Assembly: GCA_049322675.1 (NCBI GenBank)
Contig: JBMORM010000020.1
Location: forward strand, 1 to 51,295
Length of the DNA stretch: 51,295 nt
From: Patescibacteria group bacterium
GTDB lineage: Bacteria > Patescibacteriota > JAHJAL01
Direction of reading: 5' to 3'
Position 1 is the first letter of the stretch; every line of letters begins with the position of its first letter. This document shows positions 45,501-51,295 of the stretch, piece after piece. Below the pieces are notes generated by a model. That model worked only from the letters and a program-made list of their open reading frames with translations. It was not told the origin of the DNA and ran no database searches. The translations under genes were made by a program, and so were the position numbers.

Positions 45501-45853
45501 GATATGTGGTAACTTTGCAGTATGATCATCAATTGATGTCATCAGCCGCCAATGTTCCCAATTTTCCAGGTTCAAATAGTAGTCCAATTTTTTGGTCCAC
45601 ACCTCCAGGCAGTGGTACAGAAGGATATTTTGGTTATACCACCAATGATATTTCCTTGGGTGGTATGCCAATTGATCGTTTTGTGGCTGATAAATGGTCG
45701 GGATTTAGTCCGATTCCGGAAGAGGTAGTTTATTATAATGGTGCAGTAGCTGATCAATTGACGCGAGTGGGTTATCGTTTGCAGATTACTAACCAGCAGG
45801 CGGCGGGTTTTTATGCTAATACTTTGAGATATATTTGTACGAGTACTTATTGA
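36503..45853 (+). CDS. giant (3116 aa) membrane-anchored multi-propeller / beta-helix-like surface protein
   Basis: A single uninterrupted ORF.
- N-terminal TM anchor (IGIFVLIAVLCLSGVLLVWWA) and an Ig/MG-like beta-sandwich region.
- Two ~350-aa modules of five blades with GGxYKMWY...RIYYATSxDGLxWTK (Asp-box SxDGxxW).
- Two sets of seven ~55-aa YAYFGT...VK(I/V)RLSDF repeats.
- Two long regions of xLTVxGxLTNxG-type beta-helix-like repeats.
- A ~200-aa distinct C-terminal domain. Confidence 0.9.
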   Translation: MQDWWRRNKKIGIFVLIAVLCLSGVLLVWWARVKKDSHKNISDSSERTKESEMTTVAQLEIVPEIRSQEVAFKLLEENWLGMTEGQEMSGEQALQALMLATTSTDDLNKMLWSEVIKSEAGQLAASQMSDSDNVKKMSKVLPGEWWNVVVPQQKRIIGLLTSRLRDDSDLRRELAGILVGEEKYSFFWDGQKKKNFLAGVVKGDVNLADYFDGVQLEEIKKQIATDFRDNYKVGNVLAQRFLVLPELKNKNQSSLVAVKLKHGEEILEVPMDKIRWRTGSLVMVLEPLPEFAPGQYNLEVEFFNSITNKRQLFTQDFSWGVLSVNTDQDWYLVGEKMKIDIGILDDQGSPICDAEASLVVKDAQGNVVDSLPVTNTGECKVLQPGHIVPDYNTEYTAAKAGEYFLNLKVKTRNGERTATSSIRVLGESSEFFRVKRTSATRNFPFGMTPMNLEVEFGRDFSGRLVEVVPADFGLEQIGNDGVEVTENGQKKIVWKVEANTGDRLMLDYWFDAPNISPMFYVLGPVTLEDEDGRIFSTEKRVWQIANDITCAWTNGNANNSWSDAGNWSGCGGNVPGVGAGVDYDVLFQPVGGGGSGSELIKVNTDVPGTCDSSGTHDTPCPDGDGRLGMGTSGTGDVGAVAHPSIIYDGGVYKMWYTGRDGSGVTRIFYAYSNDGSTWTKYDNTVETPSNTTGTNGRIPLGVSGSGDDTGVWIPHVINDGGTYKMWYAGSSASSDWRIYMATSTDGGLTWTKVDNSLPADSDTTSTNGRVPLGTAGKGDRQTVHGASVMNDGGTYKMWYMAQDTSYVFRIYYATSPDGLTWTKYDNTIPADSNTSSTNGRVPPGLAGSGDDTHVAAPNVYFDGGTYKMWYLGGNGDPFFYGYRIYYATSSDGLVWTKFDNSVPADSDTSSTNWRVAHGTDGKGDDYSIDNMCVVVDGTDIRMYYGGNDGSYTRIYSANNISTGGSPDVSLDTNVNIGSLEMSGGYGGTVYLNSRTVNIGGTFNHAEGNLDAGTSTIIFDGTTSGSLIVSGGSELYNLEFNGGGGDWTLYDPLTVNGTLTTVNGELIKNSQNIIAKGTVSLANNTFTAGSGGEFRLNGDFNLNSGNNNLGHLIVGASPDTITLTSDLMATDLSIADWDSLITDGFDISVDDFVTIYGEATLDATAGTGGDTNISVGGNWTNYSIFTADTSTVTFTATDTGNTINSGWWGEFNNVVFDGVGGEWILQDDMVINGDLTITNGTLDINGHNLTVSGTFTNNGRLKLNGYEGVSLTNDTDSGTIEYYGVGVDNNLVTGNDYYNLLISGASDRWATGEVHINNDLIITAGSLNIAWNNLTITGNLDNTSGSSGIYNVSRVLFNAPDKNNTIRLSGAQLYDVVFSEERGEWILLDDMYVNRAFDIKSGLFNVGNNVLTVRQGFYIRQAGRFQKGESSIVRFSPDDDREWGDETYEGQDLGVVEVTGGTGVKNLIVRWNVAKCTSLFVDTGHTVKLLQTELRLTGEGTPISGLGTVDTWSYGESTVSYNGGQNTNVLTSGAVNRYDSLNIDSSTGLLMKIGEDDLRSSVIDTDNGYAYFGTAISSPAMIIKVRLSDLTRVATLMMDDAGELGAAAIDLANHKAYFVYSSPGIQIIKIDLDTFTIESKLALTNVGTPSRSAEFTRTATIDNDGGYLYIGSTQSSDGYPAMLVKVRLSDFTVEDDYTFNSGYNGVTCGVIDPANDFGYFAMRTNPGTIVKIKLSDMSHEEDLTLSAGENAPMAAIIDTSGGYAYFGTTSNNEGGSGNRIVKIRLSDFSEIESLVTSESEYDTAVFDPINNMGYFGTSTYVNYVVQVDLANMTKLNSAFITNDAGITTSIIDSTGGFAYFGTSASAGQIYKINLYTSLPGVSTSLLKENNVIPGTCDSSGAHDTPCPDGDGRLGLGTSGMGDEKAVDMPAVIYDGGVYKMWYTGKDDAGGVRIFYAYSTDGLTWTKYDNSIEAPSNTTGTNGRIPWGEAGSGDATGVWIANVINDSGTYKMWYAGSSADSDWRIYMATSTDGGLTWTKVDNSLPVDSDTTSTNGRIPLGTADKGDEQTVHGASVINDGGTYKMWYMAQDTSFHFRIYYATSPDGLTWTKYDNDIPDDSDTDSTNGRVPLGLTGGDMRYVAAPHVYKDGSNYRMWYLGGSDFDYVYRMYYVTSPDGLVWTKLDNSVPANTDTSSTNWRVAYGTDGRGDYFGVGNMSAVIVGNSLKMYYGGSGAGGSRIYLATADVNTPMSIDSHLTLMPGEDSFGAEVIDTVNGYAYYGTRTKPGVIVKVRLSDFSRVDSITLDDGEWNLETAVIDQTAGYAYFATNTNIGKIIKIRLSDFTKVATLTLNPGEDSFESSVIDTVDGYAYFGTAGYSDWIVKIRLSDFSRVGAISTDEDENTSATIDTTRGYAYFTNTADQGKIRKLRLSDFTIEDTLELDDGENRPIKSGIDLSNNVLYIGTSYNDRKIIKVDLSTFTEVGTMDSDSDIISGVAIDTIDGYGYFVLTEVPGRMLKVRLSDFSKVGTTTMNNGANWTDSILMGDDFIYMSASTSPSIVIRVPKNGLNTFSTGAGESLIIDKNLTIEGYNVDWDTNDTAITLKGNFYIDSLARWQKSPTQTFTWSPEGTKTFTDLTYDLQDIGFVDETGGHSEIVLLTPIHLTTLHIANGHTFNLNGYDFSIDSTYTSEGKLKLFGSETVTGFVNDLDSGNVEYYGTGTYSSLHTGNDYYDLIFNGGGGSFSLDNDLDAEHDLTVTAGTLLSDGFEMDMSGTVSIATAGVLNASDGTDGVSLIRVQNNWSNAGSFVAGGSTVELTGENQLITGATTFYNLLKTEMVDNATDEVLTFGSGQFQKISNLLTFDGRDGDDMIWLRSSVPGGQAFIEFDGTGVAIGTVKWLDIQDHAVINSNGAAVVFPVNPANSINSGNNSNWFELSTALAESATVTATVPSLLSFAINPVASGQNINGELTNINTTTAGVDFGIFAGAADKIGAHDLVVSTNGGGGYVVTLQYDHQLMSSAANVPNFPGSNSSPIFWSTPPGSGTEGYFGYTTNDISLGGMPIDRFVADKWSGFSPIPEEVVYYNGAVADQLTRVGYRLQITNQQAAGFYANTLRYICTSTY
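38321..39375 (+). repeat. intragenic duplicate A: five-blade Asp-box propeller module
   Basis: PGTCDSSGTHDTPCPDGDGRLG...MYYGGNDGSYTRIYSA is about 80% identical in protein (by eye) to the module at 42176..43225, with many synonymous DNA differences. Confidence 0.85.
41175..42125 (+). repeat. seven tandem YAYFGT...RLSDF blades (set 1)
   Basis: Seven ~50-60-aa units, for example IDTDNGYAYFGTAISSPAMIIKVRLSDLTRV and IDTSGGYAYFGTTSNNEGGSGNRIVKIRLSDFSEI. Confidence 0.8.
42176..43225 (+). repeat. intragenic duplicate B: five-blade Asp-box propeller module
   Basis: PGTCDSSGAHDTPCPDGDGRLG...MYYGGSGAGGSRIYLA lies 3855 bp (1285 codons, in frame) downstream of duplicate A. Confidence 0.85.
43290..44190 (+). 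repeat. seven tandem YAYFGT...RLSDF blades (set 2)
   Basis: Units such as IDTVNGYAYYGTRTKPGVIVKVRLSDFSRV, IDQTAGYAYFATNTNIGKIIKIRLSDFTKV and IDTVDGYAYFGTAGYSDWIVKIRLSDFSRV. Confidence 0.8.
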
Positions 45854-45970
45854 TAAAATTTGCAAACTTGTTGTTAGATTTAGGGAAGTGATATTGAAAG
45901 TGTTAACTAATTAATTTTTAAAAAGAAAGCGTAAGGAGGAAATATAGTTTCGTTTTTATTGGAGGTGAAA

Positions 45971-48604
45971 ATGAAAATAAGAAGTTGGGTGGTTTTGTTT
46001 TTGGTGATTAGTTTGGTTGGTTGTGAGGTGCCAAAAACGTCTCAGGATTTGTCAATCGATCAAACGACCACCTCACAAATCAGTACACCGGTTCCGCCGC
46101 CTCCGCCGGTGGCGGCACAGGTTAGTAATTTTTCTTCCAATGGTGATTTGATTGCCGATTGGTATTGGTTGCGTGGTAAATCGGAGCAGAAATACGCCGA
46201 GTGGGTTTTGGACAATGTGCCGACTGGTCAAGATAGTGTTGAGCTAGCATTGACCGCATTGGCGACAAATACTTTTAATGGTGGCAAGGGATTTGAGGCG
46301 GCATTCAAATTGTATTACGGAAATGTGGCTGATAAGGCTGATTTGTCAAAATTACGATTTGTTGAGGTAGTGTTGCCAAATGTGTCAACCTTGGATGACC
46401 CCGTCGGTTATACTTGTCTAGGAACGGCGGTTTTGGATTTGAGCGGTTTGGATTTTGGTTCCCGACTTTATCTGAAGGCGATGAGAATGGATGTAAATGG
46501 TAATCATTTGGCTTTCAATGCGACTACTATTGTGACGGTTGGTGGGAGTAGCGGTGATCAAAACAGTGAAGGGCAAAGTGGAGAAGGCAATCAAGGCGAA
46601 AATGGACAGACGGAACAGATATTGAATCCGGATGATGACAATGATTTGGTACCAAATAATAATGAAACTTTTTATGGCACTCAGTCCAACAATCCCGACA
46701 CGGATGGCGATGGGATTATTGATGGCAAGGATTTGTCTTCGATGATTAATCCGTCCGAGCCAACTTGGAATGATCTACAAAAGAAGGGAATGGTGCGGAT
46801 TGAGCAGCCGGCTTTGGCGTATGGTTTGGATGGTTGGGTGGATGTTTATGAAAGATATTTTTCAGCTTGGCCGCCGCGAACCTGGATGAAAAAGATTGCT
46901 TACAAAGAGGATGATGGAACGAAAAAAAGCACAATGGATGAGGATCATTATAAAAAGTCATTGAATAAGATCTTTAATGATCAAAAATTTACTTGTTATC
47001 AAGTGGAGAACAAAACAGCGGCGGATTTTGCTTCCGGTACGGCGGAAAAGGTTCATGATTTGGACGCGGAAACGAGTTTGATATATTCCGAAAGCTTGTT
47101 TGTGCCAAAGAGATATGAATTTTATTATGATTATTTGTCGGACTATCAATTGGCGTATTTGAAAAATACTGAGGAAATAAAATATCCCAGTGAAAGTGAA
47201 TATTTCAAATATTTGTTGTATCCGTTGAATATTTATACTGGCAAGGAACAGACTATCGCTTTGCAGTTCAAAGACAATCAGATGTATGCAGATTTGTATG
47301 ATAACAACGATAATGATTATAAATTGCCGGCTTTTTTGTACACCTTTTACAATAACAACAATTTTGACGCTGATGATGGCAGTAATGTGGCTTATTATAA
47401 GGATAATTTGGCAATGGCTAGTTTGATTGATGGAAATAATTTAGAGGTGAGGATTACTTTGCCGGCGGATTTGGCGACCAATAGTAGTAGTTATTTGAAA
47501 ATAACTCCAGTGTGGGTGATAAAGAAAAATGGCAAGACGGATTATAAGCCGATGAATTTAAATTGGGATTTGACCGGGATTGTGCGAGATGTGGTGATTT
47601 CCAAGGCGGAAAATAATAATACTACTTTGTCTTTGGAATATAAAAATTTTGAGGGTTTGAATAATACACCGGTGGATGCGGGATGGGTTAAAACGCACTC
47701 CGGATCTGCTGATTATCAAAGTCGAACGGAAACTATGAAAATGTTGACCAAAGATCCGAATGCTCCAGTCAATGAGCGATACAATGATTTGGAGGTAGGT
47801 ATTACGGCGACCAATTATGTCGAGAAGGAAATGGGAATTGCCGGAAATGTTTATTCGGTAATTGAGGCTGTGACTGTAAAGTCCAATAAAGTAAAAGAAA
47901 TCACAGATTTGCCAGCGGATCACTGGGCGCGGCAATCAAATTATACCGGTCCGATTGCAATTTTTGCTGTTGCTCAGGGAGTGGCGTCGGTGGCGACCAA
48001 CGGTCAGCAGGCTTGGACGGCTTACAAGAATGGCGAAAAAATGAATGTGGCTTATTATTCAGCTAAAGCGGTTTTAGGTGGGACCAATGCTGTGGCCAAT
48101 GTCGTCAAAGTGACGGAAAATACGATTGGATATGCAGGCAAAGCTGGTCGTTTAGCCAAGTTGACGACCAAAAAAGCCGGAGTAATCTTGGCGGTGGCTA
48201 CTGGAACGGTAGAAGCGAGTTATAATATTTATAAATATAATTCTACCAATGATCCGATCCTCAAGTCATCTTATGCGGAAAACGTGGGAGCCAATGTCTT
48301 GGATACTGGCATTTCGGTTGCAGCTGTGTTTTCGCCGCATGTGCTGGCGGTACAGGCAACTTGGATGATTGAAATTGAAATATATGGTTTGATTTTTGGT
48401 GAGGATTTCGCTTATCAGGTGGCCAAATCACCGGGTCAAGCAGCAATGTTTTTGTCGGAATATTTTTTCACCGGAGATGTGCCATCGCAAATGTCCAAGA
48501 CGGCTTACACTGACTGTCGGGATGATTTGTTGGAATGGATTGAAAATGATAATGCGGTGCAATTACCCTATATGGCGTTTTTTGTTGATCCGGATGTTTC
48601 CTAG
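45971..48604 (+). CDS. large lipoprotein (877 aa) with TSP3-like Ca-binding repeats and a hydrophobic Ala/Gly/Val-rich C-terminal region
   Basis: ATG at 45971 follows GGAGGTG. The lipobox is MKIRSWVVLFLVISLVGC, followed by a PPPPP linker. It carries NPDDDNDLVPNNNE...NPDTDGDGIIDGKD. The C-terminal ~250 aa contain AIFAVAQGVASVA, GVILAVATGTVEA and ISVAAVFSPHVLAVQATWMIEIEIYGLIFG. Confidence 0.8.
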   Translation: MKIRSWVVLFLVISLVGCEVPKTSQDLSIDQTTTSQISTPVPPPPPVAAQVSNFSSNGDLIADWYWLRGKSEQKYAEWVLDNVPTGQDSVELALTALATNTFNGGKGFEAAFKLYYGNVADKADLSKLRFVEVVLPNVSTLDDPVGYTCLGTAVLDLSGLDFGSRLYLKAMRMDVNGNHLAFNATTIVTVGGSSGDQNSEGQSGEGNQGENGQTEQILNPDDDNDLVPNNNETFYGTQSNNPDTDGDGIIDGKDLSSMINPSEPTWNDLQKKGMVRIEQPALAYGLDGWVDVYERYFSAWPPRTWMKKIAYKEDDGTKKSTMDEDHYKKSLNKIFNDQKFTCYQVENKTAADFASGTAEKVHDLDAETSLIYSESLFVPKRYEFYYDYLSDYQLAYLKNTEEIKYPSESEYFKYLLYPLNIYTGKEQTIALQFKDNQMYADLYDNNDNDYKLPAFLYTFYNNNNFDADDGSNVAYYKDNLAMASLIDGNNLEVRITLPADLATNSSSYLKITPVWVIKKNGKTDYKPMNLNWDLTGIVRDVVISKAENNNTTLSLEYKNFEGLNNTPVDAGWVKTHSGSADYQSRTETMKMLTKDPNAPVNERYNDLEVGITATNYVEKEMGIAGNVYSVIEAVTVKSNKVKEITDLPADHWARQSNYTGPIAIFAVAQGVASVATNGQQAWTAYKNGEKMNVAYYSAKAVLGGTNAVANVVKVTENTIGYAGKAGRLAKLTTKKAGVILAVATGTVEASYNIYKYNSTNDPILKSSYAENVGANVLDTGISVAAVFSPHVLAVQATWMIEIEIYGLIFGEDFAYQVAKSPGQAAMFLSEYFFTGDVPSQMSKTAYTDCRDDLLEWIENDNAVQLPYMAFFVDPDVS

Positions 48605-48620
48605 ATTTTTTGTTTGAATA

Positions 48621-48650
48621 AAAAAGAGAGACAAAAATGTCTCTCTTTTT
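48621..48650. terminator. bidirectional intrinsic terminator
   Basis: AAAAAGAGAGAC-aaaaat-GTCTCTCTTTTT, between convergent genes. Confidence 0.65.
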
Positions 48651-48695
48651 AGATTATGAAATTTTTGCTTTTTAGTTTGGATGTTAGAAGGATTT

Positions 48696-49235
48696 TTATT
48701 TTTTGGTAAATAATCCAACCAATTCATTTTGATCAATAATATGATCGTGGATATTTTGGAGAAAAATTTCTTTAGTTGTTGTGCGATCGAGATTGAGGAT
48801 GCTGTCGAGGGCATAGATTTTGAAATGATAATGGTGGGTTCCTGAGGGTGGGCAGGGTCCTTCGTATTGATTTTGGCCAGAACTATTGAGTCCGATGACA
48901 GAATTGGCGGGAATAGAATTTTCCGGTATATTTTTGGTGACTGGGTCGATATTGAATACCAGCCAGTGAACCCAATCGCCGATGGGGGCGTCAGGGTCGT
49001 CGATTAGTAGGGCGAGGCTTATGGTATTTTGAGGAATGTCAGAAATAGAGAATGGGGGATTGATGTTCTTACCTAAGCAAGAATATAGGGATGGGATATA
49101 TTCGTTATTGGTAAACGCGGGACTGGTTAGTTTCATATTGTTATTGGTTAAGGGTAAATTATTTGCATTATTATTTTGGCAAGCAGAGAATATAAAAAGT
49201 AAAATTAGAAGAAGTATTTGAGGAGCGGTAATCAA
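48696..49235 (-). CDS. YbhB/YbcL-family PEBP (Raf-kinase-inhibitor-like) lipoprotein
   Basis: LLIDDPDAP, WVHWLVFNI and GPCPPSGTHHYHFKIYALD. The N-terminal signal has FSAC. TTG start. Confidence 0.85.
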   Translation of the reverse strand: MITAPQILLLILLFIFSACQNNNANNLPLTNNNMKLTSPAFTNNEYIPSLYSCLGKNINPPFSISDIPQNTISLALLIDDPDAPIGDWVHWLVFNIDPVTKNIPENSIPANSVIGLNSSGQNQYEGPCPPSGTHHYHFKIYALDSILNLDRTTTKEIFLQNIHDHIIDQNELVGLFTKK

Positions 49236-49353
49236 TTTTCAATTTTCAATAGATTTTCAATGACATAATTTCCAATTTTCAAACATTGATTTGCCCTTTG
49301 ATTCATTGAATCATTATCAATTGACTGAAAATTGAAAATTAAAAATTGAAAAC
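49236..49353. repeat. palindromic TTTTCAAT-run intergenic element
   Basis: The left arm is CAATTTTCAATTTTCAATAGATTTTCAATGACATAATTTCCAATTTTCAAAC. After a ~40-nt loop, the right arm is TGAAAATTGAAAATTAAAAATTGAAAAC. It lies in a divergent promoter region. Confidence 0.8.
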
Positions 49354-49439
49354 AAATATTTAATATATTATATCAGTTTGTTTGTGATGGGAGTTTAAAT
49401 AAGCTAAAATGGGATTGAATTATTATCTAATTAAAACAA

Positions 49440-50783
49440 ATGAAATTAAAATTTTGTGGAGCGGCGGGAGGAGTTACGGGATCGTGTACTTTGATTGATA
49501 CCGGAAAAAACAAATACTTGGTTGATTGCGGAATGTTTCAGGGGGAGGCGGATGAGTTGAACGCGGCGCCATTTTTATTTGTTCCCAATGAGATCAAGGC
49601 CGTTTTTTTGACGCATGCCCATTTGGATCATGCGGGGTTGTTGCCGCGTTTGATTCGAGAAGGTTTTTCCGGTCAGGTGTATTGCACAAAACCGACAAAA
49701 GAGTTGGCAGAAATAATTTTACTTGATTCGGCAAAAATTGCCGAGGAAGATTCGCGTTATGAAAAGCAAGAACCACTGTATTCGATGGATGATGTGGTGA
49801 TTTTGATGGATAGTTTTGTGGACAAAGATTATTACGAAGAATTTTTGGTTGATGATTTGAAAGTCAAATTTTGGAATGCGGGTCACATACTTGGTTCTGC
49901 GTTGATTTCAATCGAAAACGAAGGTAAAAAAGTTTTGTTTTCCGGGGATTTGGGAAATTATCCGGTGTTGTTGTTGGATAAACCGGATATACCGGATGCG
50001 GCCGATGTGGTGGTGTTGGAATCGACTTACGGCGATCGGCAGCATGAAGATGTTTATATGCGTAAACTATTGTTGAAGGATACTGTTTGTGAGGCTTTGG
50101 GTAATGGTGGAGTAGTGATGATACCGGCGTTTGCAATGGAAAGGACGCAAGAGTTGCTTTATGTCTTCAATGAATTTGCCGAGCGTGACCAAATGTGTCG
50201 GGGCAAGGTTTATCTGGATAGTCCGATGGCTAGAAAAGTCACTGATGTTTTTAAGAAATATGAAAGTTATTTGAATGAAGAAGCGCGTTTCTTTTTGCTG
50301 AGAGACAAAGACTTGTTTGACTTTCCGCAGTTGACCGTGACGCAAAGTGTGGATGATTCGAAAGCGATCAATCAAGATTCGACTCCAAAAGTGATTATTG
50401 CCGGTTCGGGAATGATGACGGGTGGGAGGATCAAACATCATTTGAAACACTATTTGTCTGATACGAGGAATACGGTTTTTGTGGTTGGTTTTCAGGTAAA
50501 AGGGACTTTGGGGCGTAGTTTATTGGATGGAGCCAAGGAAGTGATGATTTTTGGAGAAAAAATTCAAGTTGGGGCCAAGATTACGGCAGTGGGAGCTTTT
50601 TCCGCACACGCTGACCGCAATCGTTTATTGCAATGGTTGGCGGCGATGGAAAAATTGCCCGGGAAAGTAATATTGAATCATGGTGAAGATGAGGTGCGGG
50701 AAAGTTTGAGAATTAAAATAGATGAAACACTGAAGACGACGGCAGTTTGTCCGAAGTTGGGGGAAGAGATTGATTTTAATTAG
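49440..50783 (+). CDS. MBL-fold beta-CASP family hydrolase (RNA-metabolising type)
   Basis: HAHLDHAG (HxHxDH), GHILGSA, ESTYGDRQH and FSAHAD. 447 aa. Confidence 0.88.
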   Translation: MKLKFCGAAGGVTGSCTLIDTGKNKYLVDCGMFQGEADELNAAPFLFVPNEIKAVFLTHAHLDHAGLLPRLIREGFSGQVYCTKPTKELAEIILLDSAKIAEEDSRYEKQEPLYSMDDVVILMDSFVDKDYYEEFLVDDLKVKFWNAGHILGSALISIENEGKKVLFSGDLGNYPVLLLDKPDIPDAADVVVLESTYGDRQHEDVYMRKLLLKDTVCEALGNGGVVMIPAFAMERTQELLYVFNEFAERDQMCRGKVYLDSPMARKVTDVFKKYESYLNEEARFFLLRDKDLFDFPQLTVTQSVDDSKAINQDSTPKVIIAGSGMMTGGRIKHHLKHYLSDTRNTVFVVGFQVKGTLGRSLLDGAKEVMIFGEKIQVGAKITAVGAFSAHADRNRLLQWLAAMEKLPGKVILNHGEDEVRESLRIKIDETLKTTAVCPKLGEEIDFN

Positions 50784-50806
50784 AAATTGAGGTTGAATAA
50801 TATTTT

Positions 50807-50933
50807 AAAATTTTCAATTTCCAAGGCTCAATTTCCAATAAATTTCCAATGACCAATTTCCAAACGGATTGTGTTTATTGAAAATTGGAAATTGGATATT
50901 TTTTGGAAATTGAAAATTGAAAATTGGGAATTT
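50807..50933. repeat. palindromic TTTCCAAT-run intergenic element
   Basis: The left arm is AAAATTTTCAATTTCCAAGGCTCAATTTCCAATAAATTTCCAATGACCAATTTCCAAAC. After a 13-nt loop, the right arm is TGAAAATTGGAAATTGGATATTTTTTGGAAATTGAAAATTGAAAATTGGGAATTT. It shares a 25-mer with 14784..14808. Confidence 0.85.
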
Positions 50934-51086
50934 ATGTCATATTCATTTGAATGTTTGAATAAAAAAGTTTTTCCGTCGCATGCTTTGTTCTTGGCTGAGG
51001 TGGCTAAAGATCTTGGTTGTGAGGTGGAGTGGATTGATCGGTGGACTGGTTTGCATACGACCGCGGTTTGTCCAAAGTTGGGGTAA
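50934..51086 (+). pseudogene. chimeric gene fragment ending in a duplicated beta-CASP C-terminus
   Basis: MSYSFECLNKKVFPSHALFLAEVAKDLGCEVEWIDRWTGLHTTAVCPKLG*. The last 9 residues and ~38 nt (51057..51094) duplicate 50736..50773. The front part looks like an N-terminal piece of an unrelated enzyme. Confidence 0.35.
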
Positions 51087-51120
51087 GAGATTGAGATATG
51101 ATTTAGGTTAATATTATGAT

Positions 51121-51295
51121 ATGAGAGAAATTATGATTGAATGCTTGGCAATGAGTGCTCCTAGGCCTGTGTGGTGGTGGGAAAAATTGGTTGTAATACT
51201 GATAATAGTTTTGATTTTATTGGGATGTGTTTATGGTCTATGGTTGTTGGTTAGAGCAGTTATGTTGTGGGGAAAAAAAGAAAAGAGAGCAGTTA
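51121..51295 (+). CDS. small membrane protein, partial (runs off the window end)
   Basis: MREIMIECLAMSAPRPVWWWEKLVVILIIVLILLGCVYGLWLLVRAVMLWGKKEKRAV..., open to the end of the window. Confidence 0.3.
   Translation, partial: MREIMIECLAMSAPRPVWWWEKLVVILIIVLILLGCVYGLWLLVRAVMLWGKKEKRAV

Noticed and set aside
37010-45865. About 20 antisense or alternate-frame ORFs (60-157 aa) inside the giant gene.
   Set aside because: They are His/Pro/Thr-rich low-complexity shadows of the repeat-rich coding strand. They have no starts with RBS, and the 3116-aa frame explains the whole region.
1-51295. Alternative genetic code (UGA recoding as in some CPR lineages) or TAA readthrough in dinD.
   Set aside because: All recognisable genes, including the 9.35-kb ORF, are intact under the standard code with TGA/TAA/TAG as stops. 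TAA terminates many genes here, so the dinD TAA is best read as a nonsense mutation.

Overview
This is a 51.3-kb, low-GC bacterial window that reads cleanly with the standard code. It carries short, tightly packed genes, many secreted or membrane hypotheticals, and three tRNAs without encoded CCA. The gene content and the giant surface protein fit a small-genome CPR/Patescibacteria-like organism, but that assignment is inference only.

Housekeeping backbone: gpmI, comF, a GH13 amylase, an OYE/2,4-dienoyl-CoA-reductase-like flavoenzyme, an ArsR(SdpR)-SdpI pair, yjbQ, a polysaccharide deacetylase, a metallophosphoesterase, a GT2, an M29-like aminopeptidase, an ABC exporter operon, uppP, a PEBP protein and a beta-CASP MBL hydrolase.

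Three regions stand out.

1. An AT- and Lys/Asn-rich accessory island lies at about 17.7-28.3 kb.
- Its segments are separated by three copies of a ~100-bp repeat that carries a terminator hairpin.
- It holds a KilA-N gene and a tightly coupled four-gene operon: PD-(D/E)xK/DUF5655-like protein, an N6-methylase with a fused HsdR_N-type nuclease-like domain, an OLD-like ABC-ATPase/Toprim protein, and a two-TRD HsdS.
- No HsdR helicase-nuclease is present anywhere in the window.
- The operon is followed by a LexA-like S24 repressor, a small GIY-YIG protein, unknowns, and a degraded dinD.

2. A 9.35-kb gene encodes a 3116-aa membrane-anchored protein. It contains a duplicated supermodule (a 5-blade Asp-box/GH-like propeller, a 7-blade YAYFGT...RLSDF propeller, and beta-helix-like repeats). 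An 877-aa lipoprotein with Ca-binding TSP3-like repeats and a hydrophobic C-terminal region follows it.

3. A family of intergenic palindromic elements is built from 8-bp-period TTYCAAT runs; two loci share an identical 25-mer. A 16-bp tandem-array variant has the same architecture. Some copies are flanked by duplications of the upstream gene's 3' end.

All functional calls come from motif recognition by eye in the translated ORFs. No database search was run.
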